Shown: positions 22,401-33,636 of the stretch, one piece after another
Numbering within the stretch: position 1 is the stretch's first letter
How the letters are laid out: each line of letters opens with the position of its first letter
Origin: Dimargaris cristalligena
Lineage: Eukaryota
Assembly (NCBI GenBank): GCA_003614675.1
Contig: ML002334.1
Coordinates: 1 to 40,864, forward strand
DNA length: 40,864 bases
Direction: 5' to 3'
The notes under the pieces: model-generated
Databases searched by the model: none
Told to the model about the DNA's origin: nothing
Seen by the model: only the letters and a program-made list of their open reading frames with translations
Program-made: the position numbers and the translations under genes

Positions 22401-23443
22401 ATCGATACTGTAAGTTGATGCTGGATCTCCAGCTCTTTCTATCTAACATTTTTACTCTTGCTTATTAAACTAGCTAGTCCCAAGTAAGCCCGACGGTCTA
22501 TGTATGGATTACCCATATTCTAACCAGCTGCTCTCTTTTCAATTTGTACTCGCCCACCCAACCACCCATATAATATACACCACATAACCATACCAGATTT
22601 ATAATCTACTTCGGCTGACCATCGAGCAATATCCCCCCGTCGCGATTTCCCGGGCCGCGGGTCGTCCTACTGGCCCCCAGCCTACTGGGACTGATTCCAG
22701 CGCCCCACTCTCTGAGTTTACTCGTCGAAAACAGTCCAAGTTTCTGAAGAACTGGTTGGGGCAATATTTCGATGAGCACGAGGTGGCCGGTAGTAAAACT
22801 AAAACGCCAGGGGCATCATGTGCAGAGACCAACATGCCGGCTAATAGCGACGACCTGTACACCACATGCCAGCGTCTTTCCGATTCCCAAATTCTCGCTA
22901 TTGAAACGTCATCGTAAGTTCCGTGATACTCATATTAATTACCAGTAACCTAGCTACCAAGGTACTATGTGGCGCTAGGTTTTTTTATACTATATTATTA
23001 TTTCTACTATGACTAATTAGGGCTATTTTGCTAAAACGCCCCTGTTCCAATGATGGTATAATTAACATTGTTCAATTTACATCACCTTCTCATACACCAT
23101 CCTCTTTAGCCGCGACCACTTGACGGCCGATATCCACACACTACTCGCCAAGTTCCCCATGCTGACCACCGGTCGGGCGGTGGCCAAGGTATTCCACGGC
23201 CTGGCCTCGCCCCATTTCAGCGCCATGGAATGGAAACCCAGCGGCCAGTGGGGGAAATACCACTTTATAGATTTTGAAATGATTCGTTCTCTGGCCCACC
23301 GGTTTATTGTTGACCTACGGTGCGGGAAACTGAGCACCGGGGAGCATGGTGATGATAGCGGTATAGAGGACGGGATGCTAGACGAAGCGAATCCTGGGAC
23401 AGATACGATTACCGAAAGCCCCCCGGCGGTGGTTTCTAGTTAA
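19479..23443 (+). CDS. RECQL4: RecQ-family helicase, RECQL4 type (3 exons)
   Basis: Exons 19479-22409, 22597-22913 and 23110-23443, phase-consistent. Helicase motifs ATGSGKSLCYQ, SPERL, DEAHCLSMWSHNFRPAY, ATIAFGLGIDK and QETGRCGRDG. RECQL4-like NFVRLKIK and C-terminal TGRAVAKVFHGLASP...WGKY. Confidence 0.92.
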
Positions 23444-24179
23444 ATTTAAGACGGTGTAAGCAACCAAACAAACGCCTCTAAATAAACACTGATGGAAAAA
23501 TTAAGCGAAACGGCGAATTGTTGTGATTGGTAGACCGAATTAATTGGTGACGGTAACGTAAATCCAAAGGGAGTGAAACTCCGCTCTGGAAATACACCAA
23601 TGGCTGAATAAAGGAGCCTCCTAATTGCTGCCAATTTGTCCTGGGCCATCCGATAATTTTTTGCGCTCTTTATAGAGCACCAAGGGTTTTTACGAGGAGT
23701 CGGGCACTTATATTATTTTGGCTATGGGACTACATAGGGCCACTGAGATCAGGGGATATGATATCCAGTGGGTCGATCCAACGTGCCCGCTCCACATTCC
23801 AAGCAGTGGAAAAAGCTCCCAAATGTAAACAAGGATGGACAACCAACGCACTTGAAATGTCCCCTTCCCTTCTCCTATAAACACACTGTTTTTTTCGGCA
23901 GCTGAGTGGGGGCATGACCATTGAAATCAGGAGGTCTGCTGAGGGCCACTCGCAGCAGGGCGCATTTTCTAGGACGGGCGGGGAGAGGAGATGTCGTCCG
24001 CCTTGGGCTGGTGAAGCTAAACCCCTGGTGCCCTACCATGCTTCTCATCGCCAGTGAGGGTTGTACTGTGACCAGCCAGCTCTAATGATTGTAACTCAAC
24101 CCACTCGCCTTTACTTTTATTTCTGAATTGCCTAGTTCTTCTATATATATATATATATATTTCATTAGTTCATCCCACC

Positions 24180-27100
24180 ATGCCCATTTCCGGTAGCAGC
24201 AGTCCAAGTCCCCAGGACGAGCCAATCGAGCTCCTGGCCGTGTCCTCCACCGATGCCATCCACCTGTTCTCCTTGAATCCCGCCCATTCGGCCGACCGGA
24301 GCTCTTCCACAACCCGTAAGCTAGTTTGCCCTCCCCTGAAACACACCCACACATTCACTGGTATTGAAAGCTGGTTATTGGGTATATGCGATAAACTCCA
24401 GCCCACCTCAAATGAATATGGCCGACCCCTCGACTCATACAAACTAGCCATGGCTATATACCCTATTGTACCTCCCAGCCGTCAAATTTCTGCCCATCGC
24501 CAGTTGGTCCCCCTTCAAGGTCGTTCCGGACGACCCCGTTCTCGCCAAATATAGCCACCCCAAAGCTGAAGTCCGATGCATAGCCTGGAGTCACGATGGT
24601 AAGTGCTGCCTCCTCCCTACTGATCACCTGTTGGTGTGCCCTCATTTTACTTTTGGACCGAATGTCAGAAGCCCTTTTATTCACTTACACCATGCTGTAC
24701 TATGACCCACCGGCATACGATCCCTGTCTATTCATTGCCCACCCCCCTCCCTTTCCCTTCCCCCGACTGCAGGCCAAAACTTGGCTGTGGGAGGTACTGC
24801 GCCCTGGATCGAAATTTACACGTGGCAGGGCCAGTTGGTCGAGTCCTTCCCCATTATTAAACCCGCCGAAAACCCGGATACCACCTGTGTGCAAACCATG
24901 GAATTTGCATCGGAATCCCGCACGGTCGTCTACGGGGGATCGTCCCGTCAGGTTCGCCGATATGATCGTCAAGCTAAATGTATTGCACAGTCATTTCAGG
25001 TAGGTATTGAATTAGGCAATTTTTGCTTAATTATGGTCAGCGATTCCCAATCCTTGCTCTTTGTTCAGATGCCTTTATATCTTCACAGTGGGATCCGCCT
25101 ACTATAAATACCATTTATAACTCCCAATTCGACATTGCCCAATCCCTATCCCCACCACTCTAACCCCTCAACTCAGCTACCTATTCCCCTTTGAAATGTC
25201 ATTTTTACCACTACTTTTTCCAGAGTCACAAAACTGCAATTACCGCCGCAGCATTGAGCGTTGATAAAAGTATGATTGCCAGTGGGTCCAACCGCGGCGA
25301 TATCACCCTCTTCAACCGGAAGAACGGAACCAAAGCCGAACTGAAGTTCGGTACTCGGCACGCAATCAATAACCTACAGTTTTCGATCAAGCGCAAACAT
25401 ACTTTAGCGGCCATTAGCGACGACGGGGCGGTGGCCGTCTGGGATACCCACCGGGCCGCCACTCCAGTCAAATTGTTTAGTCGGGTTCATTCGGCACCGT
25501 CCCGGGGATTGGCTTTCAGCCCGGCTTCATCATATACACTGTTTTCTGCCGGCCTGGATCAGAAGATTGTTGTTTTCGATTTGTTAAAGCGAAGGTAAGA
25601 GCAAATTCTAAATAATCGCATCCCCATTTACCCAAACTCCGCGATTGAAATCATGCCCTCTATCTACCTGTATCACCAAGCTTCGATTACTTTCACTAAC
25701 CTCCTTTTTTACTGACCTTCCTTGCCGCACTTCACTGGCCATATTTCCCCGCTACAGCATTACGGAAACCATCAATACCGAATACCCCATCAATACACTA
25801 GCCATCCATAGCGACGGCAACCATCTCTTTGCGGGCACCCTGACGGGACAGGTGATTCTTTACGATACCCGGCTCCCGGCCAAACACCTCGAAATAGTCC
25901 CTTTAGAGGGACCGGCTAAACCCGTAGTCGCCATTCACTTCCAGGTAAGCTGCCCATGTAATACATACGTTTCTACTCGCTGACTTAGTATTTGGTATTA
26001 CCTGCCCCTGTCTATTTGGGAATGCTTTGTATCGGTAATCGAAGGATATAGGGCAAACACCGGCCTGAAAATATATATGAAATGTCGCTATCGGGCCCAT
26101 ACCCTAGGGGGGATTGCAGTACACTGCATGGCGCCTATTATCCACCCACAGCCCCAGTAGTATGTCAGCTATTCATGTGGCCTTGACCCGCCTTACTATT
26201 TAAGCTGGGAGTCTATGATCTCCGCTTTGGTAATTTTCTAATCCGCCCCCTTGTTTATGCCTACATGGTTTGTTTTCATCAATGACTTCCGCCTCACGTA
26301 TGACAGGGAGATTCCAAAATCAACCGAACCGCCTTTGAGAAACACTTAAAGACCCTCGTGCCCCCAGCCCCGGCCCCCGCACCTACAGTTATCCATACAC
26401 ACTATCGTCGCGACAGTGGTCAAGAGACGAAGACACCCCCCACCCCACCTCAATTTGCTATTCCTTTCACCCAACTTGCCGTATCTCCCACACCTCTCCC
26501 GCTCTCCCTGGCCCGGTCCACCACCCCTCCACCTTATCGACTGGCCGACACTGACGAGGCCGTGGTTCCGTCATCCCCACCCCCCAGTGCCGCTTTAAAA
26601 GCACCGGCCTTGCCTGATAAACTCCTCACTCCAGCATCCCCTACCAGCGACCCTCTGACTGACAATTCCATGGTGGCCCGAGACCGAAGCTATATGGAGC
26701 TGTTTTCACCCGTAGGTCGACCAGCCGTAACCCGAATGACATCCTCACCTCTTCAAAAGGCGCATATTCAGCCCCGCACTTACACCCCTGCGTTGTGCAG
26801 CCCCACTAAGGCACCCCTTTCTCTGGCCAAGGTGGACCGAAGTCCACCGAATGTGGTAGCGGCCCCCAAGTCCAACCTCTTTGGGCGGGACTCGGCGGTG
26901 GGTTCTCGCCCGCCCTTATCAAATCTTAGCCCACGTCTGTTTCCACCCTTACACATCACGCCCCAACCGCCCAAGCCGCCTAGTGTAGAATTCACACTCC
27001 CGCCGCCCTGGGAGCCCCAGCAGAGAATGTCCACTACCGGCGCATCATTAGTTGCTACCCAGCGACCCACCCAACCAACTGTTGAGGAAGCGCCGCCTTC

Positions 27101-28021
27101 TGAACCATCGCTTCGGTACACTGAGGGTGATTCTAGTAAGTTATTGTTATTATATTCCATATTTGGCGTATCACTGCCCTACCCCGCACAACCATTCAAC
27201 TGCTCCGCATATAAATATTACCCGGGGAGTTGGCCAGTCGCCCATTCATTGTCTCTGTAAACTCCCTAATCATGCATATACTACCTACTATTTACCCATT
27301 TTACCACGCAGTTCTGGACGTATTTTCGCCCATTGCCAGTCAAAAGAAGCCCGTGGTTCAGACTACACCCGCTAAGGCCACCACGCCAGTGCATCCCCGG
27401 GCCGACGATGACCCCGGGCGGTTTTCACTGAACCGGAATACGCCCAAGACTATCCGTAAATCCGCGCTCAAGAACCGGCTGAAGCATCTGACTAATGCAT
27501 CCCCTGGGCCATCCGATGCCTTGGACCTGCTCCCCTCCCCATCCCCCACGACTAAAGGAGTTCGCAAAGTTATATTTGCCGCGGAGGAGGATCTGCTTGG
27601 CGCACTACCCCGGCCTCCCTCGGCCGACCATCCCATCTACTCGGCCACCAAACGGTCACCCCCTACTGCTCCCGTCCCGCCACATTCACCGGGACCCACC
27701 CGGACTACACCATCCCTGGGACGAACCAAAGCTTCTCCACGACGCTCGCCCGGTACCGCGAAATCCACCAGCTCGGTTGGCGAGGGATTCCAACTCACTC
27801 TAATGCAGAACCTAATCAATGAGTCACTCCAGAACTTTGGATTCGACCTGCGCCAGGAGTTCCATAATCTCCACCTGGAAATGCTGCGGCAATTCCATAT
27901 CCAAGAACAGAACCAGGAAGACCGCTTTAATGACCTACGCAATCAAAACGAAATCCTATCGGAATTGGCACGGCTTCGGGAGGAGAACAAGCGACTCAAA
28001 TCGGAGCTTGGTTACCAGTAA
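24180..28021 (+). CDS. NEDD1: NEDD1/GCP-WD, gamma-tubulin ring complex targeting factor (7 exons)
   Basis: Exons 24180-24315, 24479-24598, 24773-24999, 25224-25594, 25758-25944, 26307-27135 and 27312-28021, phase-consistent. WD40 repeats (HSAPSRGLAFSP...SAGLDQKIVVFD), an S/P-rich linker and the C-terminal helix NLHLEMLRQFHIQ...ELARLREENKRLK typical of NEDD1. Confidence 0.9.
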
Positions 28022-28407
28022 CACAGTCCCCTAGACCTTCTATTATTATTTGTTTCCTGTGCTTATGCTTAGGCTTATACTTATGCTTATGCTATTGATA
28101 TTACATTTTTTCACACACGAACATCGCCGGATGCCTACAGAATTGCTATGCGTTTTTCATACAGGTTCCATTATTTATACTACACGTTGACCCAATGTAT
28201 TGCTACCCCCCCCCCCCGTTCGTATAACCCTTAATAATCCATCTATCCCTTAGTATCCCCCCCGTGCATATATGACACTTAATGCCTTCCCTACTTGCCA
28301 CGATTTCTACCTTGTTTCCTATACTGGCTTATACGCGCACTTTAAATAATACCACCCGCTAATTCTTCCTATCTGATTCACCACAGTATGTATAAGATAT
28401 TAAGTTT

Positions 28408-28428
28408 ATATATATATATATATATATA
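28408..28428. repeat. (TA)n microsatellite
   Basis: About 10 TA units. Similar tracts occur near 6835-6852 and 24143-24160. Confidence 0.85.
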
Positions 28429-29916
28429 ACCTAGCTAAAGGAACCCACGCTCGCTCGGTTTATTGTAATGTGTGAGTTAGTTTACTATTTGTATAGCGTG
28501 AACTACCAAGAGAGATAGCACTAGTGGTGGTCACAGGTTTATCCTTGCGGTATGATTACGAAGCACGTGATGCTTCCTAACCCTGGAAGTTATTCCAGTG
28601 ATCCGGATAATTAATTGGTGAAGCCTAATTGGATCGGAGGGTAAGGGAAAAATGGGGGGGCTGACAGGCAGGCGTGCGACTGGTTCGGCGGTCCAAACTA
28701 AGCCGAAGATGAAACGACAATGATCACGAGGCAGTTGGCCATTTAAAGTGGATTTGGGAGGTAGAGGGAAGGGTCCGGCTGCTCGCGGAACCTGTAGGAG
28801 AAAATGGAAAGGTAATTTAGAAAATTAGGTAAAATCTAAATTGATAGAATCCAGCGGCGAGCCTCCTTCAGGACTGAGAGAGAGGGGGAAGGGCGGCTAA
28901 TGACCCGTGCGACCGGCTTCCCCGGCACTCCTATTTTAGGGAAATGGGAGTAGAGAAGCATAACCGGTAATGAGGAAAATGGAGAAGTTTGGAGGGATGA
29001 CAGCTGACATATTCGGCCCGTGACCGGGGGCTAGCTCGTGCGGGGTAGTGTTGCCATGGGGATTGGCAAAGGAAGTCCGAAATCACCCTACCTACTTCCG
29101 CAGCCAGATGGCGGATTTTCAAACTTGGTTCATGTAGTTTGTATCATAATGATTGTTATTTGGGCAGAGAACAGTGTCGGCTATTTGGATTGCTCTGGCT
29201 GTGTTTTAGGTATTGTGGCCCAGGGAATTCTAGTCAGTTGCCCTCAGTTGGCCCACTCAGCTCCTCGTTGGTCAAAGAGGGCTCGGCGGGTACTGAAATG
29301 GGTCGGTTGATCCGGCGCCGACTCTCGTTTTGGAAGTTGGGCTGTATGGCCTTATGGGAAAGTGGTAGTGGCTACGGGGGGGGGGGAGAGTGTATAAAGA
29401 GGTGGTGAGGGGACCTTCTCACCGTTTGAATCCTCATAACCCCAAGGCCTAATTTATAGAGTGAGCTTTGGTAGCAGCGTAAATTACATGGGTGATATTG
29501 GCTCTCGGCCATCAGCTGTAGAAAGGGGGGGTTGAATGGGCAGCTAGCCCAAGCGTGTGAACAGAGGGACACATCCAATGACACTTAAAGCCAAAGCCCA
29601 TCACCATCTAGAGGTGCCTACAGTACGCCAACAAAGAACCAAGGATTCTTTTGGCTGACATGTGATTCCAATGATGGTGGCCTTGCCTTGTCCCTACTAT
29701 CATATGTATGTATATAACTAGAGTAGAGTAAAGTAGCACATGCCAGAAGCAGAGTCTTACGCATATATGCTGAGTTGGCAGTCCCATTGCACCAATCAAT
29801 CGCACCTGGCGTGGTGGACGGTATGACTATTATTTATTGCCTTCGGCCAATTATCCCCTTTTCTGTTCCTAATTTCATGCGCATTAACGCTCTCCGCTGC
29901 CGTTTTGGCCCTGGAT

Positions 29917-29924
29917 TATAAATA
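29917..29924 (+). promoter_or_regulatory. TATA box of the acyl-CoA oxidase gene
   Basis: TATAAATA followed by a long CT-rich leader up to the ATG at 30240. Confidence 0.55.
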
Positions 29925-30239
29925 AGGCGGCCCCCCCTTTCCCTTCACTCACCCCGTCCTATTTCATTTATTACTCGTCTTGCCTTTTTTTTTTGGAACA
30001 TCCATTGCCCACTTTCACACTCACTCGGCCGTTTCAGACCTCTCTCCCTCTTCTGTATTATCTATTGCTATACTCTCTCACTCCAAAAGTCTTCCACTTC
30101 TCCTAGACCTTGGAGCAATCGTCAATATATTATATATATATATATCCATAGTGTTACCCCACATTTCAAGTGCCCGCCCATCTTAGTCAACGCTCTTCCT
30201 TCATACCCATCCCTACTACCCTTCCTTTCATTGCCCGCC

Positions 30240-32327
30240 ATGTCCAAAGCTAAGACCAGCTCCAAGGGCCTCCCTCCCGTGCCCGTAGCCCCTCGCCCCA
30301 CCGAGTCGCTCAATGAAGAGCGCAAGGCCCCCTCTTTCCCCGTTCGGGAAATGACCTACTTCCTGGATAATGGCCGTGAGGCTGCCGAGTTCAAGGATAA
30401 GGTCATGGCCCAGCTGGAGCGCGACCCCCTCTGGCGCATGGACAACACCCCTGACCTCTCCCTCCTACAGCTCCGCGAGCGCACCCTCGCCAAATTTGGC
30501 AACATTATCAACTTTATGGAATCCGAACCCGCCCCCGTCTTTTGGCAACGCATGGCCGTCCTGAGCGTGGTCGACCCCGCCTTCTGGACCCGTCTGGGTG
30601 TCCACATGGGCCTCTTCCTGGGTGCCGTGCGTGGCCAGGCCACCTCCGAACAGCTCGACTACTGGGTTGGCAAGGGTGCCATGAACCTCGGCGGTATGGT
30701 CGGTTGCTTCGGTATGACCGAATTGGGCCATGGCTCCAACGTGGCCGGTATGGAGACCACCGCTACCTTTGACGAAGAAAACGACGAGTTCGTCATCCAC
30801 ACCCCCACCGTGACCGCTACCAAGTGGTGGATTGGCGGTGCCGCCCACTCGGCCACCCACTGCGCCGTCTATGCCCAGCTCTTCGTCAAGGGCGTGCGCC
30901 ACGGGGTCAAGACCTTCGTGGTTCCCCTGCGTGATCCTCGCACCTACAACCTGCTGCCCGGCGTTACCATTGGTGATATCGGTAAGAAGATGGGTCGCGA
31001 CGGCATCGACAATGGCTGGATCCAGTTCTCCTACGTGCGTATCCCTCGCTCTTATATGCTCATGAAGCACACCAAGGTGACCCGTGCCGGTGAAGTCATC
31101 GAACCCCCCATGGCCCAGCTGGCCTACGGTGCCCTCATCATGGGCCGTGTCAGTATGGTGGTGGACAGCGCCAACATGTCCAAGAAGGCCCTGACCATTG
31201 CTATCCGCTACGCCGCGGTCCGCCGCCAGTTCGGGGACAGCCCTGCCGCCCTCGAGACCAAGCTGCTGGATTACCCCATCCACCAGTACCGCCTCCTGCC
31301 CCTACTGGCCCAGACCTTTGCCCTCAACTTCACAGGTATTGAGATGACCAAGTTGTACCAGAACCTGATGCAGCGCATCGATAACGCCTCTGATGGTGCG
31401 GGTCTCGCCGAAACCATTGAGCTGCTCAAGGAGACTCACGCTACCGCGGCCGGTCTCAAGGCCTTCGGTACCTGGAACTGTGTCAACACTATTGAGCAGT
31501 GCCGCCAGTCGCTGGGTGGCCACGGGTACTCCAGCTACACCGGTTTGTCTAACATGTACACCGATTTCGTGGTCCAGTGCACTTGGGAAGGTGATAACAC
31601 CATCCTGACGCTGCAGTGCGGTCGCTATCTGGTATCTACCCTGCGGGACCACCGCAAGGGCAAGCCTCTGGCCAAGAACGTGCAGTACCTTACCAGGGCC
31701 CTGACCGGCATTAAGCAATTCCCGGGTCGCACCGCCCGTGATATCATCCAGGTTGATGCGCTTCGTGAAGCCTGGGCCGCCGTGGCCGCCAGCGCCGTGG
31801 CCCGGGCCACTGCTGAATTCGAGAAGGCCTTGGCTAAGGGTCTCAACAAGGACCAGGCCTACGAGCAGTGCTCAACCCTGCGTCTCCTGTGCGCCCGTCT
31901 GCACTGCTACGGCTACCTGGTCAACCGCTTTACTGATGCCATCCAGCGTGCCCCCGCTAGCCTGCAACCCGCCCTGACCAACCTGTGCCTCCTTTACGCG
32001 ACCTACACCATCCAGGAGAACTCGGGCGAATTCCTTCAGGCCGGCTTCTTTGACAGCGAGCAGCTTGCCGTGATTCGCGAGGCCATGAATGACCTCCTCG
32101 CCATTGTGCGCAAGGACGCCGTTCCCCTGGTGGACGCCTTCAACTACACCGACTACGTCATCAACTCCCCTCTGGGTCGCTACGACGGTAACGTCTACGA
32201 AGCCTACTTCAACCTGGTCAAGACCAACAACCCCAAGCACAATGATATTCCTTACTTCGACTCGGTCATCAAGCCCTTGCTGACCCGTACTTCTGAGCCT
32301 CTGGAGGCCCCCCAACTTGACTTTTAA
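30240..32327 (+). CDS. POX1: Peroxisomal acyl-CoA oxidase (fungal Pox1/Fox1 type), intronless
   Basis: Motifs GCFGMTELGHGSNVAG, KWWIGGAAHSATH, GDIGKKMGRDGIDNG, ALTIAIRYAAVRRQF, CRQSLGGHGYS and TWEGDN. Strong C-ending codon bias. ATG in a GCCATG context. Confidence 0.96.
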   Translation: MSKAKTSSKGLPPVPVAPRPTESLNEERKAPSFPVREMTYFLDNGREAAEFKDKVMAQLERDPLWRMDNTPDLSLLQLRERTLAKFGNIINFMESEPAPVFWQRMAVLSVVDPAFWTRLGVHMGLFLGAVRGQATSEQLDYWVGKGAMNLGGMVGCFGMTELGHGSNVAGMETTATFDEENDEFVIHTPTVTATKWWIGGAAHSATHCAVYAQLFVKGVRHGVKTFVVPLRDPRTYNLLPGVTIGDIGKKMGRDGIDNGWIQFSYVRIPRSYMLMKHTKVTRAGEVIEPPMAQLAYGALIMGRVSMVVDSANMSKKALTIAIRYAAVRRQFGDSPAALETKLLDYPIHQYRLLPLLAQTFALNFTGIEMTKLYQNLMQRIDNASDGAGLAETIELLKETHATAAGLKAFGTWNCVNTIEQCRQSLGGHGYSSYTGLSNMYTDFVVQCTWEGDNTILTLQCGRYLVSTLRDHRKGKPLAKNVQYLTRALTGIKQFPGRTARDIIQVDALREAWAAVAASAVARATAEFEKALAKGLNKDQAYEQCSTLRLLCARLHCYGYLVNRFTDAIQRAPASLQPALTNLCLLYATYTIQENSGEFLQAGFFDSEQLAVIREAMNDLLAIVRKDAVPLVDAFNYTDYVINSPLGRYDGNVYEAYFNLVKTNNPKHNDIPYFDSVIKPLLTRTSEPLEAPQLDF

Positions 32328-32872
32328 AGAAGTTGCCCAATCCGATTTTTCTTTTTTCTTTTTATTTGATGATACCTAGCTCCATAAGGCTATATTGTCT
32401 ATATCAGACTAGTTCTTTCTCCATTCTTTTCTTTTGTGTTGAAGTGTTGGCATGATCTATAACCCTGCTCAATTGTGTAATATTTCTTATTGTGTTGTGA
32501 ATCCCTTCTTAATTATAGACTAAATCATATTTATTGAATGAACGCCTTATGAAAAAATAGATTGATGAATGAATGTAATGTTGGTTGAGTACCTGTAATT
32601 TAACGAGTTTAGGAAAAGGAGTAATCGGGTTTGATAGCTGATGGGTCTTCAGGGCCTTGAACTTGCGAAGGTCATTAATACATTCGGAAGTGGGGAGATG
32701 GCGTATCGGTTGGTTTGCAAGCTAAGTGGATCAATAATACCTAATGGGGACTTTGTCTTTGATCCAGATGTTATTATTTCACAGATATAACATCCAAGTA
32801 CTCAAACTATTCCGGATATATTGGGAATCATACCGATGGCTTATTATATATATCCCGAATGTAGTTTTTTTC

Positions 32873-32990
32873 AGTTATGGCCACATGTGGACTTCAGCAC
32901 CGTATCCCGTTAGATCTGCGTAGTAAAGTATCCAACAGCTAATTTAGTACTGAGGTGGGAGACCACTTGGGAATAGTTAGTGCTATAACT
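32873..32990 (+). rRNA. 5S rRNA gene (dispersed, divergent sequence)
   Basis: 118 nt. Helix I AGTTATGGC/GCTATAACT; helix II with the canonical A63 bulge; loop C TCCCGTTAGATC; loop E TAGTA/GAA; box C-like GTACTGAGGTGGGAGACC. TATA-like element near -30 and a T-rich tail. Confidence 0.92.
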
Positions 32991-33636
32991 TTATATATTT
33001 ATTTATTTTGCTTTATAGGGGGGGGTGGGTATAACAAACTTATTAGAAAGGTTCAATACAATGACGGATAGTGTATTTCCACAAAATAATACGGGAAGAG
33101 GTTGGAAGTGACTGCTTGGGGTTATGTATGAACGTTAGAAATTGATCCTATGAGTTGAATTGTTAATGATCGAATCGGCGAACTAATTGGGGTTGAAATT
33201 TGATTTAAATGTGCCAGATTATAGATGAGCTGTAAAACGAAGCCATTCTCTTAACCGACATTACCAATTCCTTTAGATGTAATTTTTGTTATATAGGTAG
33301 ATTGGAGTTCCGCCATATTCACAGGGACCCACTCATTTATCTGTAAGGACTGCCTTATTATAGACCGTCAGCCTGGCTAGTCCCCCATTAATTTAAACGT
33401 TAAAAAGCACGTCACTCCCTTCTTTATGGTATTATTTTGTTAGAACAGTTCCTTTTCTAAGGACATTTAAATAACCTGAAGCTTGCGATACTAGTTTATT
33501 ACTAGTAATCCCTACCCACCAACAATATAAAATATCTACTTTACTCACAATCGCAGCACTACTATAACATGGGGGGTACTGCTATTTGCAAGACCAGGGT
33601 ATAGCATATATATGGGTCCGCCGAGGGGTTGGGATT

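Noticed and set aside
28428..28462. Helitron 3' end (CTAG plus a GC-rich motif on the minus strand)
   Set aside because: The hairpin is poor, CTAG is not followed by T, and there is no second copy.
30465..32315. Long antisense ORFs (272, 138 and 147 aa) opposite acyl-CoA oxidase, and similar shadow ORFs over other genes
   Set aside because: An expected by-product of strong codon bias and high GC; no recognisable domains.
32325..32370. Stop-codon readthrough creating a PTS1 on acyl-CoA oxidase
   Set aside because: The stop is TAA-A, not TGA-CTA, and the extension (RSCPIRFFFFLFI) does not end in an SKL-like tripeptide.
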